A stretch of 63,970 nucleotides of DNA from Carcharhinus longimanus (Eukaryota), in the NCBI GenBank assembly GCA_030264375.1, contig JASCQW010000160.1:22812484-22876453 (forward strand). The letters are read 5' to 3'. Shown here one piece after another: positions 36,320 to 47,878 of the stretch (position 1 is the stretch's first letter; every line of letters starts with the position of its first letter). The position numbers and the translations under genes are program-made. The notes under the pieces are model-generated. The model was not told where the DNA came from. It saw nothing but the letters and a program-made list of their open reading frames with translations, and searched no databases.

Positions 36320-37640
36320 CTTGATTAAGGTCAATGGTGAGATCTTGGAAAATGTAGGCCATTTTCTGTACAGCAGGAAAGGATGTCCCAAAGCGTGGTA
36401 CACCAGAGAGATCATGCAGACACTATGACAACGGATGAACAGACACTGCGCGACAATCCCCAGGCAGGAGTGTTCCCTTCCTGTCAAGAGCATTTCAGCA
36501 TTCAGTCTCCGAGCTTCGGGTAAGGCGACCTTCAAGACACACGACAATGCAAAACTGCCGATCAGAAACTGATAGCCAAGTTCCACATGTATGAGGACGG
36601 CCTCAACTGGGACCTTGCATTCATGTCACACCATGTATAACTCCCACCATATGGCCTGGGCTTGCAAAATCCTACTAACCGTCCTGGCTTGAGACAATTC
36701 ACACCTCTTTCACCTGTGATTATCCCTCTCTCCACTCGCATTGTCTGTACCTGTAAAGATTTGGTTACCTATTAAGACTCACATTCCAATCTTGCAATTG
36801 TGCCTTTGTCTACATATGCCATTTTTGTGAACCCAACTTTCCACCCACCTGATGAAGGAGCAGCACTTCAAAAGCTTGAGGGGCCAAATAAATCTGTTGA
36901 ACTTTAACCCCAGTCCAACGCCGGCATCTCCACATCATTCTCTGTGTCATCCTCTTGATGAAGTCTGGCTTAAAGATGAAATTTATCATTGCCTCCAGCG
37001 TGCCAACTCAGCCTCCGGGNNNNNNNNNNAGCAGTGATCCTTGCACTCTCTTCTGCCTTGGACAACCTACAGAAGCCATTAAAAGACACTGGAGAAGTAC
37101 CATCAGCAGTGTCTTTGAAAGATCCTGCAAATCCTGTGACATGAAAGGTGGCTCAACAGCAGCCTCCACTCCCAGGTCAACATGCCCTGCATCAAGGCAC
37201 CAATCATTTAAAACCAGCTCCGCTGGGAAGGACATGTCATTTGTATGCTTGACCAGATTCCAAAAGCAACTATTCTACTCAAAACCCAATTGTAGCAGCA
37301 ATTGAGGGGAGCAGAAACACTTTAGGGACATGCGCAAAGCAGCCCTGAAGACATAAAACATCCCCGCCAACTCATGGGAGCTCCTGGCTTGTGAGTGACT
37401 CAAAGGCAGGTGGTTTGTTTGCAAAAGGCACTGAACAAATCAACAGACTTCTTCAAAATGACCCAGAGGTGAAGTCACAGTATGGCAGAGAGCACACAAA
37501 CCTACAAACACCTCACCTGACCAACCCTTCAAGAGCACCACATACCCTGTGGATCGTGCATTAGACACATCAATCATCTCAGAACCCACCAAACCACGGT
37601 GGAAGCAACTCATCGCTGATCCCAAGGGAGTCTAAGAAGA
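36320..37640 (+). mobile_element. RTE-clade LINE, forward 3' segment, split by PLE insertion
   Basis: IKVNGEILENVGHFLY, then the PLE, then KDEIYHCLQRANSASG, KTLEKYHQQCL and NQLRWEGHV...FQKQLFYS; tail ctaagaaga. Confidence 0.8.
36370..36935 (+). mobile_element. Penelope-like element 3' part: GIY-YIG endonuclease C-terminus plus terminal repeat with hammerhead remnant
   Basis: RKGCPKAWYTREIMQTL*QRMNRH (YIGET...L..R...H motif), DQKLIAKFHMYEDGLNWDL (GLN motif), then cctgatgaaggagcagcacttcaaaagctt at 36848-36877 and family A end ccagtccaacgccggcatctccacat. Flanking catt(t/c)tctgt at 36360-36369 and 36936-36945. Confidence 0.9.
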
Positions 37641-38964
37641 TAGTTGTAGATACTTAATTTGTTAAATGTGAGGGAGCTGTTTTGTCAGATCACACTAACT
37701 ATTGTACAGAATTAAGAACTGAATGACTTAAATTAGAAAGCAAAAAGGGTTCTGAGAACAGTTAAATTTGTTTGAGGCTCATTACTCAAAACTCAACATA
37801 TTACCACTCAGAAATAGGAAAATGCAAAATCCTATATACCTCACCACAACTGGCTTCTTAGTTGCAAAGCAGAGCAGACCTCCATTATCAACACCCCAAT
37901 CATTCTATGTCTGTTTATGTTACTCTGAATTCATATTGCAATTTGAAGTGAAGTTCAGCTGAAAGAAATGCAATGTGCATTAGAAACCATTGTGTTGCAT
38001 GGGAAATGATTAGATAGAATCAACAGGCGGAAGCCTTCCAGTTCAGACACACTGTTATTAAGACATTGTTCTCCATTCTCCTGTACTACACGTTCCTAGA
38101 GTACTACTAAATTCAGATTGATATATGTTCCAATTTAAAAAAAAAGTTGAAATCTGAGACATAAAGCATATAATGAACCACTGTTGAAGGTACTTGAGAG
38201 TTAAGGCCATCTTCTTTGTCAATGTATGAATGTTGTACTCCACTTTTACAAGTCAGAATGACAACTTTCACATATTTTATATACAATATTATTCTAAAAC
38301 AAAACTATCTTATTAAACCAAAGCCATTAGCACAATTGTAAATCCTTTTATAAGTACGTCACCAAAGATTAAGAACATTTTAAGGCCATAAAGAGAATTA
38401 GCTGACGAAACATGCTTACACAAAGCAAGCCAAATCAATGCAATATCCAGATAACAGAAGTTATATTAACCTGCCACAAGATTGCTTTCTGTAAACATCG
38501 ATTATTGTTCCTCTATCTGTGCAATATATTGAAAACTTAATCAGTAATCCAATCTTCTAACCTAATCAACAAGCTCTGAAAACTTTTATCCAAAGAACTC
38601 AAGGGAGATGTGATAATAAGCGATCAATTCACGTGAAATCTTAACATGCTGTCCCATTTCCAATAAAAATTGGATCTTTTGGTTATGGTTCCTGCATACT
38701 ACTGTTGAACAACATCCAATATATTCCAACTTCTTGCCATAACATTTAGTATTCAGAGGTCTATAACTCTACATCCTCTCTTACAACACTGTTTGCCATG
38801 CTATTGCCAGGACCAAAGACTGTTGTCATATCAGCCTTTTCATGTAACAGGGATTTGCAGCACATAATCAACTAATATGTAGTTACTCAAATGTAATAAA
38901 AAGCAAGCCTCATTAAACTTTATTTTTTCAAAAATATTTAAAATAATTTTTAATATCAATACTA

Positions 38965-39335
38965 TTAAAGAACAGAAAATTATAGCACAGGAACACACTC
39001 TTTGGCTCTCCAAGTCTGCACCGACCATGCTGCCTGACTTAACTGAAACCCTCTACCCTTAAGGGACCATATCCCTCCATTCCCATCCGATTCATGTATT
39101 TGTCAAGACGCCCCTTAATAGTCACTACCATATCTGCTTCCACTATTTTCCCCCAGCAGCGAGTTCCAGGCACCCATCACCCTCTGTGTTAAAAAAACCT
39201 GTATATTTGCCCCTCGCACCCTAAACCTATGCCCTCTAGTAACAGACCCTTCCACCCTGGGAAAAAGTTTCTGACTATCCACGCTGTCTAGGCCTCTCAT
39301 TATCTTGTAGACTTCTATCAGGTCGCCCCTCAACT
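38965..39335 (-). mobile_element. CR1-like LINE 3' end
   Basis: KLRGDLIEVYKIMRGLDSVDSQKLFPRVEGSVTRGHRFRVRG is the canonical CR1 ORF2 C-terminus. Confidence 0.9.
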
Positions 39336-39840
39336 TGTTGATTAAATCAAATATGGGGTCTAGTACCATGGAAACCTGCTGCTTGAACAACTGTGACAAA
39401 GGAGTTAGGAAGTAAAGGTATAATAAACTATTTAATTTGTTTTAGATTTTAAAACATCAATAAATTACTGGCACAGAAATAATAAGCACATCCCATATGT
39501 GTAAATGTCAAACTAACTCAAAATTGGACTAGTCAATTTGAAGCAGCAATTAATATAGCCTAATCAGCAGTTTCTAATCATGGCTGGTTCACACATACTC
39601 TTTTAAGATAACATTATTTAACTTTTTATTAAATACAGTGGAAATTGAATATTGTTTAAAATAACTATACACCATTTAAGTCTACAGAGCCAGTGGCAGT
39701 CAAGCTATAATTAAGAAAGTTTTAATTCTCTACTGTCTTCTCTTGAAGGTGCTGACTTGTGCTGAGGTACAGTTCCACTGAAATTGGAAAACCTTTAGTC
39801 AAGTACTGTTCATGTGAGCCTAGGCAGTAGGCAACAAATG

Positions 39841-40166
39841 AGCAGCACAGTGACTCAGTGGTTAGCACTGCTCCCTCTCAGTGGCAGGGATCTGGGTACG
39901 ATTCCCCACTGGGTCACTGTCTGTGTGGTGTTTGCATGTTCTCCTCGTGTCTGCATGGGTTTCCTCCGGACACTCCATTTCCTCCCACAGTCCGAAAGAT
40001 GTGCTAGTTAGGTGCAATGGCCATGCTAAATTCCCTCTCAGCGAACCAGAGCAGGTGCCAGAGTGTGGTGAGTAGGGGATTTTCACAGTAACTTCATGGC
40101 CATATTAATGTAAGTCTACTTGTGACACTGATAAATAAATAAAATAAAAAATAAAATAAATAAAAA
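39841..40166 (+). mobile_element. V-SINE variant with alternative 3' tail and (AAAAT)n end
   Basis: HE1-like head and V-domain, but tail aggggattttcacagtaacttcat...taatgtaagtctacttgtgacactgataaataaataaaat. The same tail occurs at about 5471-5530 and 32780-32866. Confidence 0.8.
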
Positions 40167-40857
40167 CATTCATTCAGTGGGGAACCTCAAAAGAGCTTGC
40201 TCTGTTCCTACAAGTATAGGTCACATAGATATATGATCGGGAGCAGGAATCCTTTCTGATTCAGCTTTCTTGAGTCATCATGTAACCTTTTAAGTAAAAC
40301 TTAATGGGGGCAGTTTAAAAAGGTAAATTTGCTATTTCATAACAATACAATTAAACTTTGAAGTGAAAAAGGGCCTACTCAGCAACCATGATATTCTACT
40401 GCCATCTACTGCTTTGAGTCTACACTTGTAATACAGCTCAGAGCCAGTCATGTTAACTCTATTACCTCTCTCAGCTGGAATGCATGTTATAATTAAACAT
40501 AAGCCATGAGTCAAGTGATCTATTTAGCTTTCCTAGAACACATGAATTACATCCAACATTATTCTTTCATATTAAAAGCACTCAAATATTTAAACACTTA
40601 GCAAGTTATCCATTGTATTCTCAGAAAAAGGCTCTCACTTTCCGTGATTGCCACATTTTGAAGCTCTCTTTCAGAAATACCTTTTAAGGAGAATGTGGGT
40701 ACTATGTAAAATCCTAATATGGATTCTCAACCCACATTCTTCCCCATTAACTGCTGGCATTACATTTTTAAAATTTATTTCACTTGTTTTACTATAATTT
40801 GGGGCTCTTTGCAAGCAACTCGCACATGTGTGGTGATTAACTCAAATGGTACCTCAA

Positions 40858-41720
40858 TCTTTGATTTGATTTATTATTGTCACATATATTAGCACACAGT
40901 GAAAAGTATTGTTTCCTGCGCGCTATACAGACAAAGAATATCGTTCGTAGAGAAGGAACCGAGACAGTGCAGAATGTAGTGTTACAGTCATTGTTAGGAT
41001 GTAGAGGAAGATCAACTTAATGCAAGGTAAGTCCATTCAAAAGTCTGATGGCAGCAGGGAAGAAGCTGTTCTTGAGTCGGTTGGNNNNNNNNNNNNNNNN
41101 NNNNNNNNNNNNNNNNNNNNNNNNNNNNNNNNNNNNNNNNNNNNNNNNNNNNNNNNNNNNNNNNNNNNNNNNNNNNNNNNNNNNNNNNNNNNNNNNNNNN
41201 NNNNNNNNNNNNNNNNNNNNNNNNNNNNNNNNNNNNNNNNNNNNNNNNNNNNNNNNNNNNNNNNNNNNNNNNNNNNNNNNNNNNNNNNNNNNNNNNNNNN
41301 NNNNNNNNNNNNNNNNNNNNNNNNNNNNNNNNNNNNNNNNNNNNNNNNNNNNNNNNNAAGTCGTAGCTGACATGCCAAATTTCTTTAGTCTTTTGAAAAA
41401 GTAGAGGCATTGTCAGCTTTCTTAACTACAGTGTCAGCATGGGAGGACCAGGACATGTTGTTGGTGATCTGGACACCGAAAAACTTGAAGCTCCTGACCC
41501 TTTCTACTTTGTTCCCATTGATGTAGATGTGGCACGTTGTTCTTTGAAGTCGATGACAACATCCTTTGTCCTGCTATCATTCAGGGAAAGATTATTGTTG
41601 CCACACCAGTTCACCAGATTTTCAATCTCATTCCTGTACTCTGTCTCGTCATCGTTTGACATCTGACCCACTACAGTAGTGTCGTCAGCAAACTTGAAAA
41701 TCAAATTGGAGGGGAATTTG
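40858..41720 (-). mobile_element. Rex1/Babar-like LINE (RT YADD region to 3' end, gap inside)
   Basis: IFKFADDTTVVGQMSNDDETEYRNEIENLVNWCGNNNLSLN and NRLKNSFFPAAIRLLN. Confidence 0.9.
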
Positions 41721-41734
41721 TCAGCTCTATCAAA

Positions 41735-42175
41735 AAAGACTAAACGGTCTGAGCCTGTATCCCTTGCAGTTCACAAAAGTGAGGGATGGCCTTATTCAAA
41801 CATTCAAGATCTTGAGGGGGCTTGACAGGGTAGATGGTGAGATGTTTTCACCAGTGGAAGAGTCTCGAACAAGGGGTCATAGCTACCAGATAAAGGGCCA
41901 GTCATTTAAACCGGAGTTGGGTAAAATATTATTCTGGCAGGAGGCATGAATTTCTAGAATTTCCTGTCTCAAAGAGTGGTGGAGGCTGGATCATTAGAAG
42001 TCTTCAAAGCGGAGGTGGATAAGCATTTGATTGAAGAATTGAGAGCAATGGGGAAATGATACAGAAAAGGAGTTGAGGCCGGCATACATCAGCCATGATC
42101 ATACTGAATGACGGGAAGGCTTGAAGGGCCTGGTAGCCTACACCTGTTTCTATTTTTTGTGTTATAATGTATGTT
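41735..42175 (+). mobile_element. CR1-like LINE 3' end
   Basis: VRDGLIQTFKILRGLDRVDGEMFSPVEESRTRGHSYQIKG plus CR1 tail. Confidence 0.85.
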
Positions 42176-42884
42176 CTCAGGAACCAAAACAGATAAGAGA
42201 ACCAAGTTGCACATGTACATTCTGGCAAAGTGACAATGAAATGCTTTCTCCACTTTTCTAGGAACCAGCACATTTCCACAAAGCCAAAATCTCAGCCACG
42301 CTTCTGGCCAAAAACTATTGCTGACAAATCTTTTATATCAATAACTAAACATTTCTTAGTGGAGAAAATATATCTTATTTATTTGCTTTAGATGTACTAA
42401 AGCTTCAAAATATAACAAGGAATAAGGTTTCTTTCAAGCCATGTGTTGGGCTTTTAACAATTTAATTTTAATTATTTTAAGTGTGCACACTATAAAAATT
42501 GCTTATTTTAAAAAGCAATGGAAAAATCACTGCTTACCACATGTTCAAACTGATGTAAAAATGTGATTACTTTCCCTGCAAAACATTACCTTGCAGTTGG
42601 ATTTTGTATCTAAATGTTGTCACAAAAGTTATTATTTTTGCCCTATATGGACTACTTTGCTTCCACAGTGGACCATACAGTAAAGATACAGTCCAGTAGA
42701 TCACCAAACCAGACAGGCTTCAAAGATCCCAAGTTCAAACTTCATTCAGTGTAAACATTTCCTGAACGTACAACGAACTGATTCCGAGGATGGATCAGTC
42801 ACCTTTCGGTGCATTATCAGAATTTTTATTCATTGTATGCTAACAATTTAAGACACAGAGCTTGCCAAAAATATCAATATTGCT

Positions 42885-43208
42885 CGCGATGGTCAAACTC
42901 ATTAAACAGAGGTCCCATTCGAACTTTCACATGGACATATAAAGATCCCATGAAGATTCGCACAGGGAAGGGGTGTTACTCCTGATTCCCGCCTAATATT
43001 TATCTCTCAATCAACATTACAAAAAAAAGGATGATCTGGTTATTTTTCCATTATTGTCTGTGGGAGCCTGCTATGTATGAATTGGCTGTCACATTTTCTG
43101 CATTACAACAGTGACTATGCTAAGTACAAAAAGTACTTGGTTAGCTTTAAAACGCTTTGGGACATCATTTTGTGGTGAAAGGCACTACATAATGCAAGTC
43201 CTCTTTTA
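42885..43208 (+). mobile_element. DeuSINE 3' half (Deu-domain plus L2-type tail)
   Basis: ttaaacagaggtccc...aaagatcccatg...aatatttatctctcaatcaacat...cgctttgggacatc...gtgaaaggcactacataatgcaagtc. Confidence 0.7.
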
Positions 43209-43369
43209 TCTGTAATCAATATGCAGCCATATGCACCATCATGAGCAAGTGGAGAAGTTGGCAGGTCCACCCTTCTCTGCAGTTCTATAATCCTGGACTG
43301 TGTCTTTACCATGTGATCCATTGTGGGAGCAAAGCAGTCCATTTGGACAAAAATAAGAACTTTTTTGAG

Positions 43370-43691
43370 TGGCATGGTGGCTAGCACTGCTGCCTCACAG
43401 GACCAGGGACCTGGGTTCAATTCTGGCCTTGAGTCACAGTCTGTGTGGAGTTTGTACATTCTCCCCATGTCTGTTGGATCACTTGGATTTCCTCCTTATG
43501 ATCCGGTTTCCTCCCACAGTCCAAGGATTGTGCAGGTTAGGTTGATTGGCCATGGTAAATTGCCCTATCGTGTCAGGGGGAATACCAGGGTAAACACATG
43601 GAGTCAAGGGGATAGGGCCTGGGTGGCATTGTGGTCGGTGCAGACTCGATGGGCCGAATGGCCTTCTTCTGCACTACATGAAATCTATGAT
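43370..43691 (+). mobile_element. HE1-type V-SINE
   Basis: ggcatggtggctagcactgctgcctcacaggaccagggacctgggttcaattct head, V-domain and tail. Confidence 0.85.
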
Positions 43692-46600
43692 ACTAATCTG
43701 AGCTGACTGCTTTTACAGCAGCATTTCCAATGTAGAAATCAATGGCCTTGAAAGTTCTATTTTACGAAGGACGGATGTGGAGAACTCTAAGGTCAGTTAA
43801 GTTTTTTAAATAGCTAAAGGCAGAATATCCCAAGGTGAAAACAGCTGGGGAGCACAGTTTTAAATTCTATTTTCTGCACTGGCTGCCAGGTACCCACCAT
43901 TCTATCTTATGTTTAGGTTTGGAGAAAGATTGTCAAAGCAGGCTGCTACCCGTGAATGAATTCAGGACATAAAAGCTTGAATTGGATGGATGAACTCAAA
44001 TCAGGGTACTGAAAATACATTCAGGTCAAATAACAATTTTGTGGGTACCTCACAATATGGTACACTGCAACATCAGCCTTAGTACAAAGCAAAACAACAA
44101 GGTACTGATACTCCCACTGCAACACAGATTCACCCCAAGCTGTCATTGAAAAACAAATAGTTGAAACACACAGAAAAGGCAGTAAATGATAATATTTGAA
44201 ATACTGCAGTGCAGTGACTATGTTACTGGTGAATAGACTAATAAATGAGAATATGCATTCAAATCTAACCATGGTATTTTGAGAATATTAATTTCAAAAC
44301 AATTTTGAAATAATTGGTATGGGACTTGCTAATGAGTAACTCCATCGGCTATAATTGAACATTGTGATCAGTTTCTGGTGATACCATTGGTTGAGTGCCA
44401 GAGAACTTTCTGAAAGGATGTGCAAAGTTTAAGATACAAAGAGGAACTTGAGTCTTTTCCTTAGTCGAAACTCCAGAATCACATTCATGACCTGTGCCTT
44501 AACTATCAGCTTCAGGGAAGAACAAAGATCAGAAGAAAAAAGAACCACGAGGAAGAGCCACAGCCGAGGGCAGACCTGGCCGGTTCACTCAGACAGTATT
44601 TGTTTTCAGTCAGGCTTAAAAGTTAAACTGGGGCAAGAGTTGAAGTTAAATTAGTTAAATTTAAGATTGAAGTTAAATTAATTAAATTAAGCTTAAGTAA
44701 GTGTTGCAACTAATGTATATTTATGTTGAACATTGGTACCTTTAAAGTTAAATAAAGAGAGCTTTGTTTTAAGTGAAATTAGAGTTGACTCTTTTTTTTG
44801 TTAGTCACACAAGGGGGAAATATCTGGAAGGGAATAGATTAGTATTGGAGCTATAAAGGGTCATGAGAGTTGGGTGGATGGTTATAGGTTGATATGCAGG
44901 GTATCAGGGGTTATGGGAATGGATAAATGGCGAGAGTCGGCATGGATGGGACATGGGGAATGTATGGGACATGAGGAATGTATGGGAGAGTGAAGAGAAG
45001 GTGAGTTGACGGCTGGAAGGATGTTTCAGGTTCTAATCTTTATTTTCAAACTTTGAACACAGCTCCAGAGACTTGAAGCAGGCCTTTGATCCAGCATGTG
45101 TCCATATCCAGCATCCTACGGAGTCCCACTGATCTTATCAATCAATCTGGCCAATACTTAACTGCAGTCTCACACAAACCTCACTGCCAACTGAAATGGT
45201 CGAGCTACTCACTCATTGTATCGAATCATGGCAATTCAAGAAGGCCTTCATCCACCTTCTCAAGACTGTCAAGCAGGGCCAGCAAATGTTGGCCATGCCA
45301 GGACATCCCCATCCCAAGAATAGATTTTTAAGATCTGATCAGTTCACAAACAAAAGCTCAAAGAAATTATTTAACAGTTTACAAACCTGAATCTCGTTCA
45401 TTGCCTAATATTACAGAGGTTTCTAGGCTGGCTGAAAACATTCGGGTTTTTATTAACTTGAATTCTATTACTTTGGCAACAAGCAAACAATCCCCAAGAT
45501 TCTGCAAAATATTGCTGTGGGTTCAGTTTTTATACAAACCTCTTATTTAATAAATATATTTACACACAGTAGACACTGAAAAGTATCCGATGTATGTATA
45601 ATTCCATGAGATACAAGCATATTCTGTTGAACCATTTAGGATATTCCATCTTTCTTACTTGTAAAGCCGTCTGCAGAATTCACCATTACTGCTGTACAGA
45701 AGATGGGATTCAGCTCAAATTTGAGGTGAATTAATGTGGTGTCTATTTCAGATGAACTTGAGTATCAAGTTGCCATGAACTTTCAGTGACCTTACAAAAA
45801 TAACAAGGCTCTTGTCCAAACCAAAACACAGCATAATACTACTTGGGAAGCATTTCATCCACATCTAAATGTCTCTTTTGTGCCAGTCAAATGGGTATAA
45901 GGAAGACAAATGTAATCTCATCCTTCCTGAAATTGGAATGGAATTAGAGGGCTTTTTTTTTAAACCACCATTCTTGCAGCCAAGGAGTGAATGTCAAATA
46001 AATAAAATTATACGTGAAAGGAATTATTTTCCATTCCCTAACAGGCCAGCAATGGTTTAATGTTGCTTCATAAACGTGACATTGACTGGTGGAAATAATT
46101 GAGTGGGTCGACCTTCTGTGTCAGTGTAACGTAACTGAGGTCAAGGCACGTGCAACCAAAAGCAAAACAATGTACACCCCAACAAGTAACAGTTTAGCTA
46201 TACAAAGAGCAGGAAAAAAAGCACAATTGGATAAAATTCCTGGATCTTCACCAAGAATCCTTTTTTTTCCAGCTAAAAGAATGTTGAACTATCAGATGTT
46301 ATATGTTGCTTACATTGCCCTGTTGGCTGGGGTCCTTCTACCATGCAACAAATGACATTAAGTACCTCTTTCACAGAACAATACCATTTTCGGTCAACAG
46401 ATTACTTGAGCAGCACCAAGACTAAAAATACAGGCCAGATTTATAGAGACAGCTTCATGACAGAAATATTCCTGCAGTCAACTCTCGCTAGGAAGAAGCT
46501 ATCGGTGGCCTGCAGGTCCAGTTATCTGCTAAAAAAAAATCCTTGATATTATGGAGCATGACCGTGCTGCATTAACTGATGACTTCATGTCAGTTAGAAC

Positions 46601-47448
46601 TTGAGGCTGGAATATATTCAGTGGACTTTGAGCTAATATTACATATACTTGATCATGTTGCCAATCACGGAGTCCAGATTCTAACAACATTCAATCTCAG
46701 AGTTTACCCTTTGTCACGACTGTAAACTAAAATCAACAGTTAAATAGGTTTGATGAATATTGCCAAAATTCCACACATGCTTTATCATTTGTACAATATT
46801 TCTAAAAATACTTGCTGGACCATTTTATTTGTTTGTTCAGTGTCACTTGACCACCCATGAAATAGGTTCTTTACAAGACCACCACTTAGAAGTGAGTAGA
46901 GTCATTTCAAAACTTACTGCCATATGCTTACACTGCAAGTGAAAGACATTGACTTTTTAGGACAGAATTCATGATCACAAAGGTCTTGTATGTCTCTTAA
47001 GGTGTGTGCTATAATAATTCAAGATATAACTATTTGAAGTTTTAGATCTAGACCAAAGGTCCTCAATGTCCAGTGGATTTTGTCAGCATTGGATAAAATG
47101 ATAGTGCATTGGCCCAATTAAAAATAACAGTGAAGTGATCAGTGTGCACCATTATTAAAAAGAGTAAATTGAACAGCGATTTCCAGCATCCTCACAAGTG
47201 CAGTTAAACAGAAATCAGGAAGCTGCCATCTGAGTTGCATGAGCTTTGCTTTAACAGTATCTTACCAAGAAATTAGGCATCAAAACACATGCAATGGTGT
47301 GAAGTTGCAGAATTACCACTAATACACTCGCAAAACTTAAGATTAGTTCATTCAAATATAAGAGAATTTTTAATAGCGTATGAAGTCTGAATTACTGCAA
47401 AGTGACTACTGTGACACTGAAAATTAACTTTTACAAATTTGGAGTTTT

Positions 47449-47878
47449 AATGCCCTACAGTGCTGGTAATGGTGGAAGTCTGATGGAAGGCCTCCATCTT
47501 ATTTTCCTTCACTTTTTGATACTTTATTTCCAAATTTTAGACAATGTGGTAGATGAAAATCCAGCTCACAATTTAACAGAAATCAAATGTGGCATAATGC
47601 TGCTTAATCCTCTTACATTAACTTGGAAGTAAAAAAACTTGAATATTGCTGAAAAGCAAGACGTGGTGCTGAAGCTTTTCATCTCGCACTCATCAGGACA
47701 AATGCAAGAATGCCAAATTTCATGTAACATTGAATTTGATTTGATTTCTGCAATACTGTGGGCTGGATTTTCATCTACCACATTGTCCAAAATTCAGAAA
47801 TAAAGTATCAAAAAGTGAAGGAAAATAAGATGGAGGCCTTCCACCAGATTTCCACCATTACCAGCACCGTAGGGCATT
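47449..47878. repeat. 140-bp inverted duplication (47449-47588 / 47739-47878)
   Basis: Manual alignment gives about 11 mismatches in 140 bp, no indels, and a 150-bp spacer. Confidence 0.95.
47664..47702 (-). ncRNA. Minimal type I hammerhead ribozyme motif (PLE-type, family C) within a PLE terminal fragment of about 47635-47725
   Basis: Minus strand ugu-c-CUGAUGA-gugcgagau-GAAA-agcu-UC-agca. Both core boxes are intact, stem II is short, and a one-pair stem III closes the palindromic AGCU loop before the UC cleavage site. Stem I is imperfect in this copy. Confidence 0.7.

Noticed and set aside
44639-44700. About 27-bp AT-rich tandem duplication
   Set aside because: Two low-complexity units consistent with ordinary slippage.
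46573-46600. ctgatga within a small hairpin (possible hammerhead or snoRNA box)
   Set aside because: No GAAA box, stem II or partner box; likewise for ctgatga at about 2283 and about 26398.
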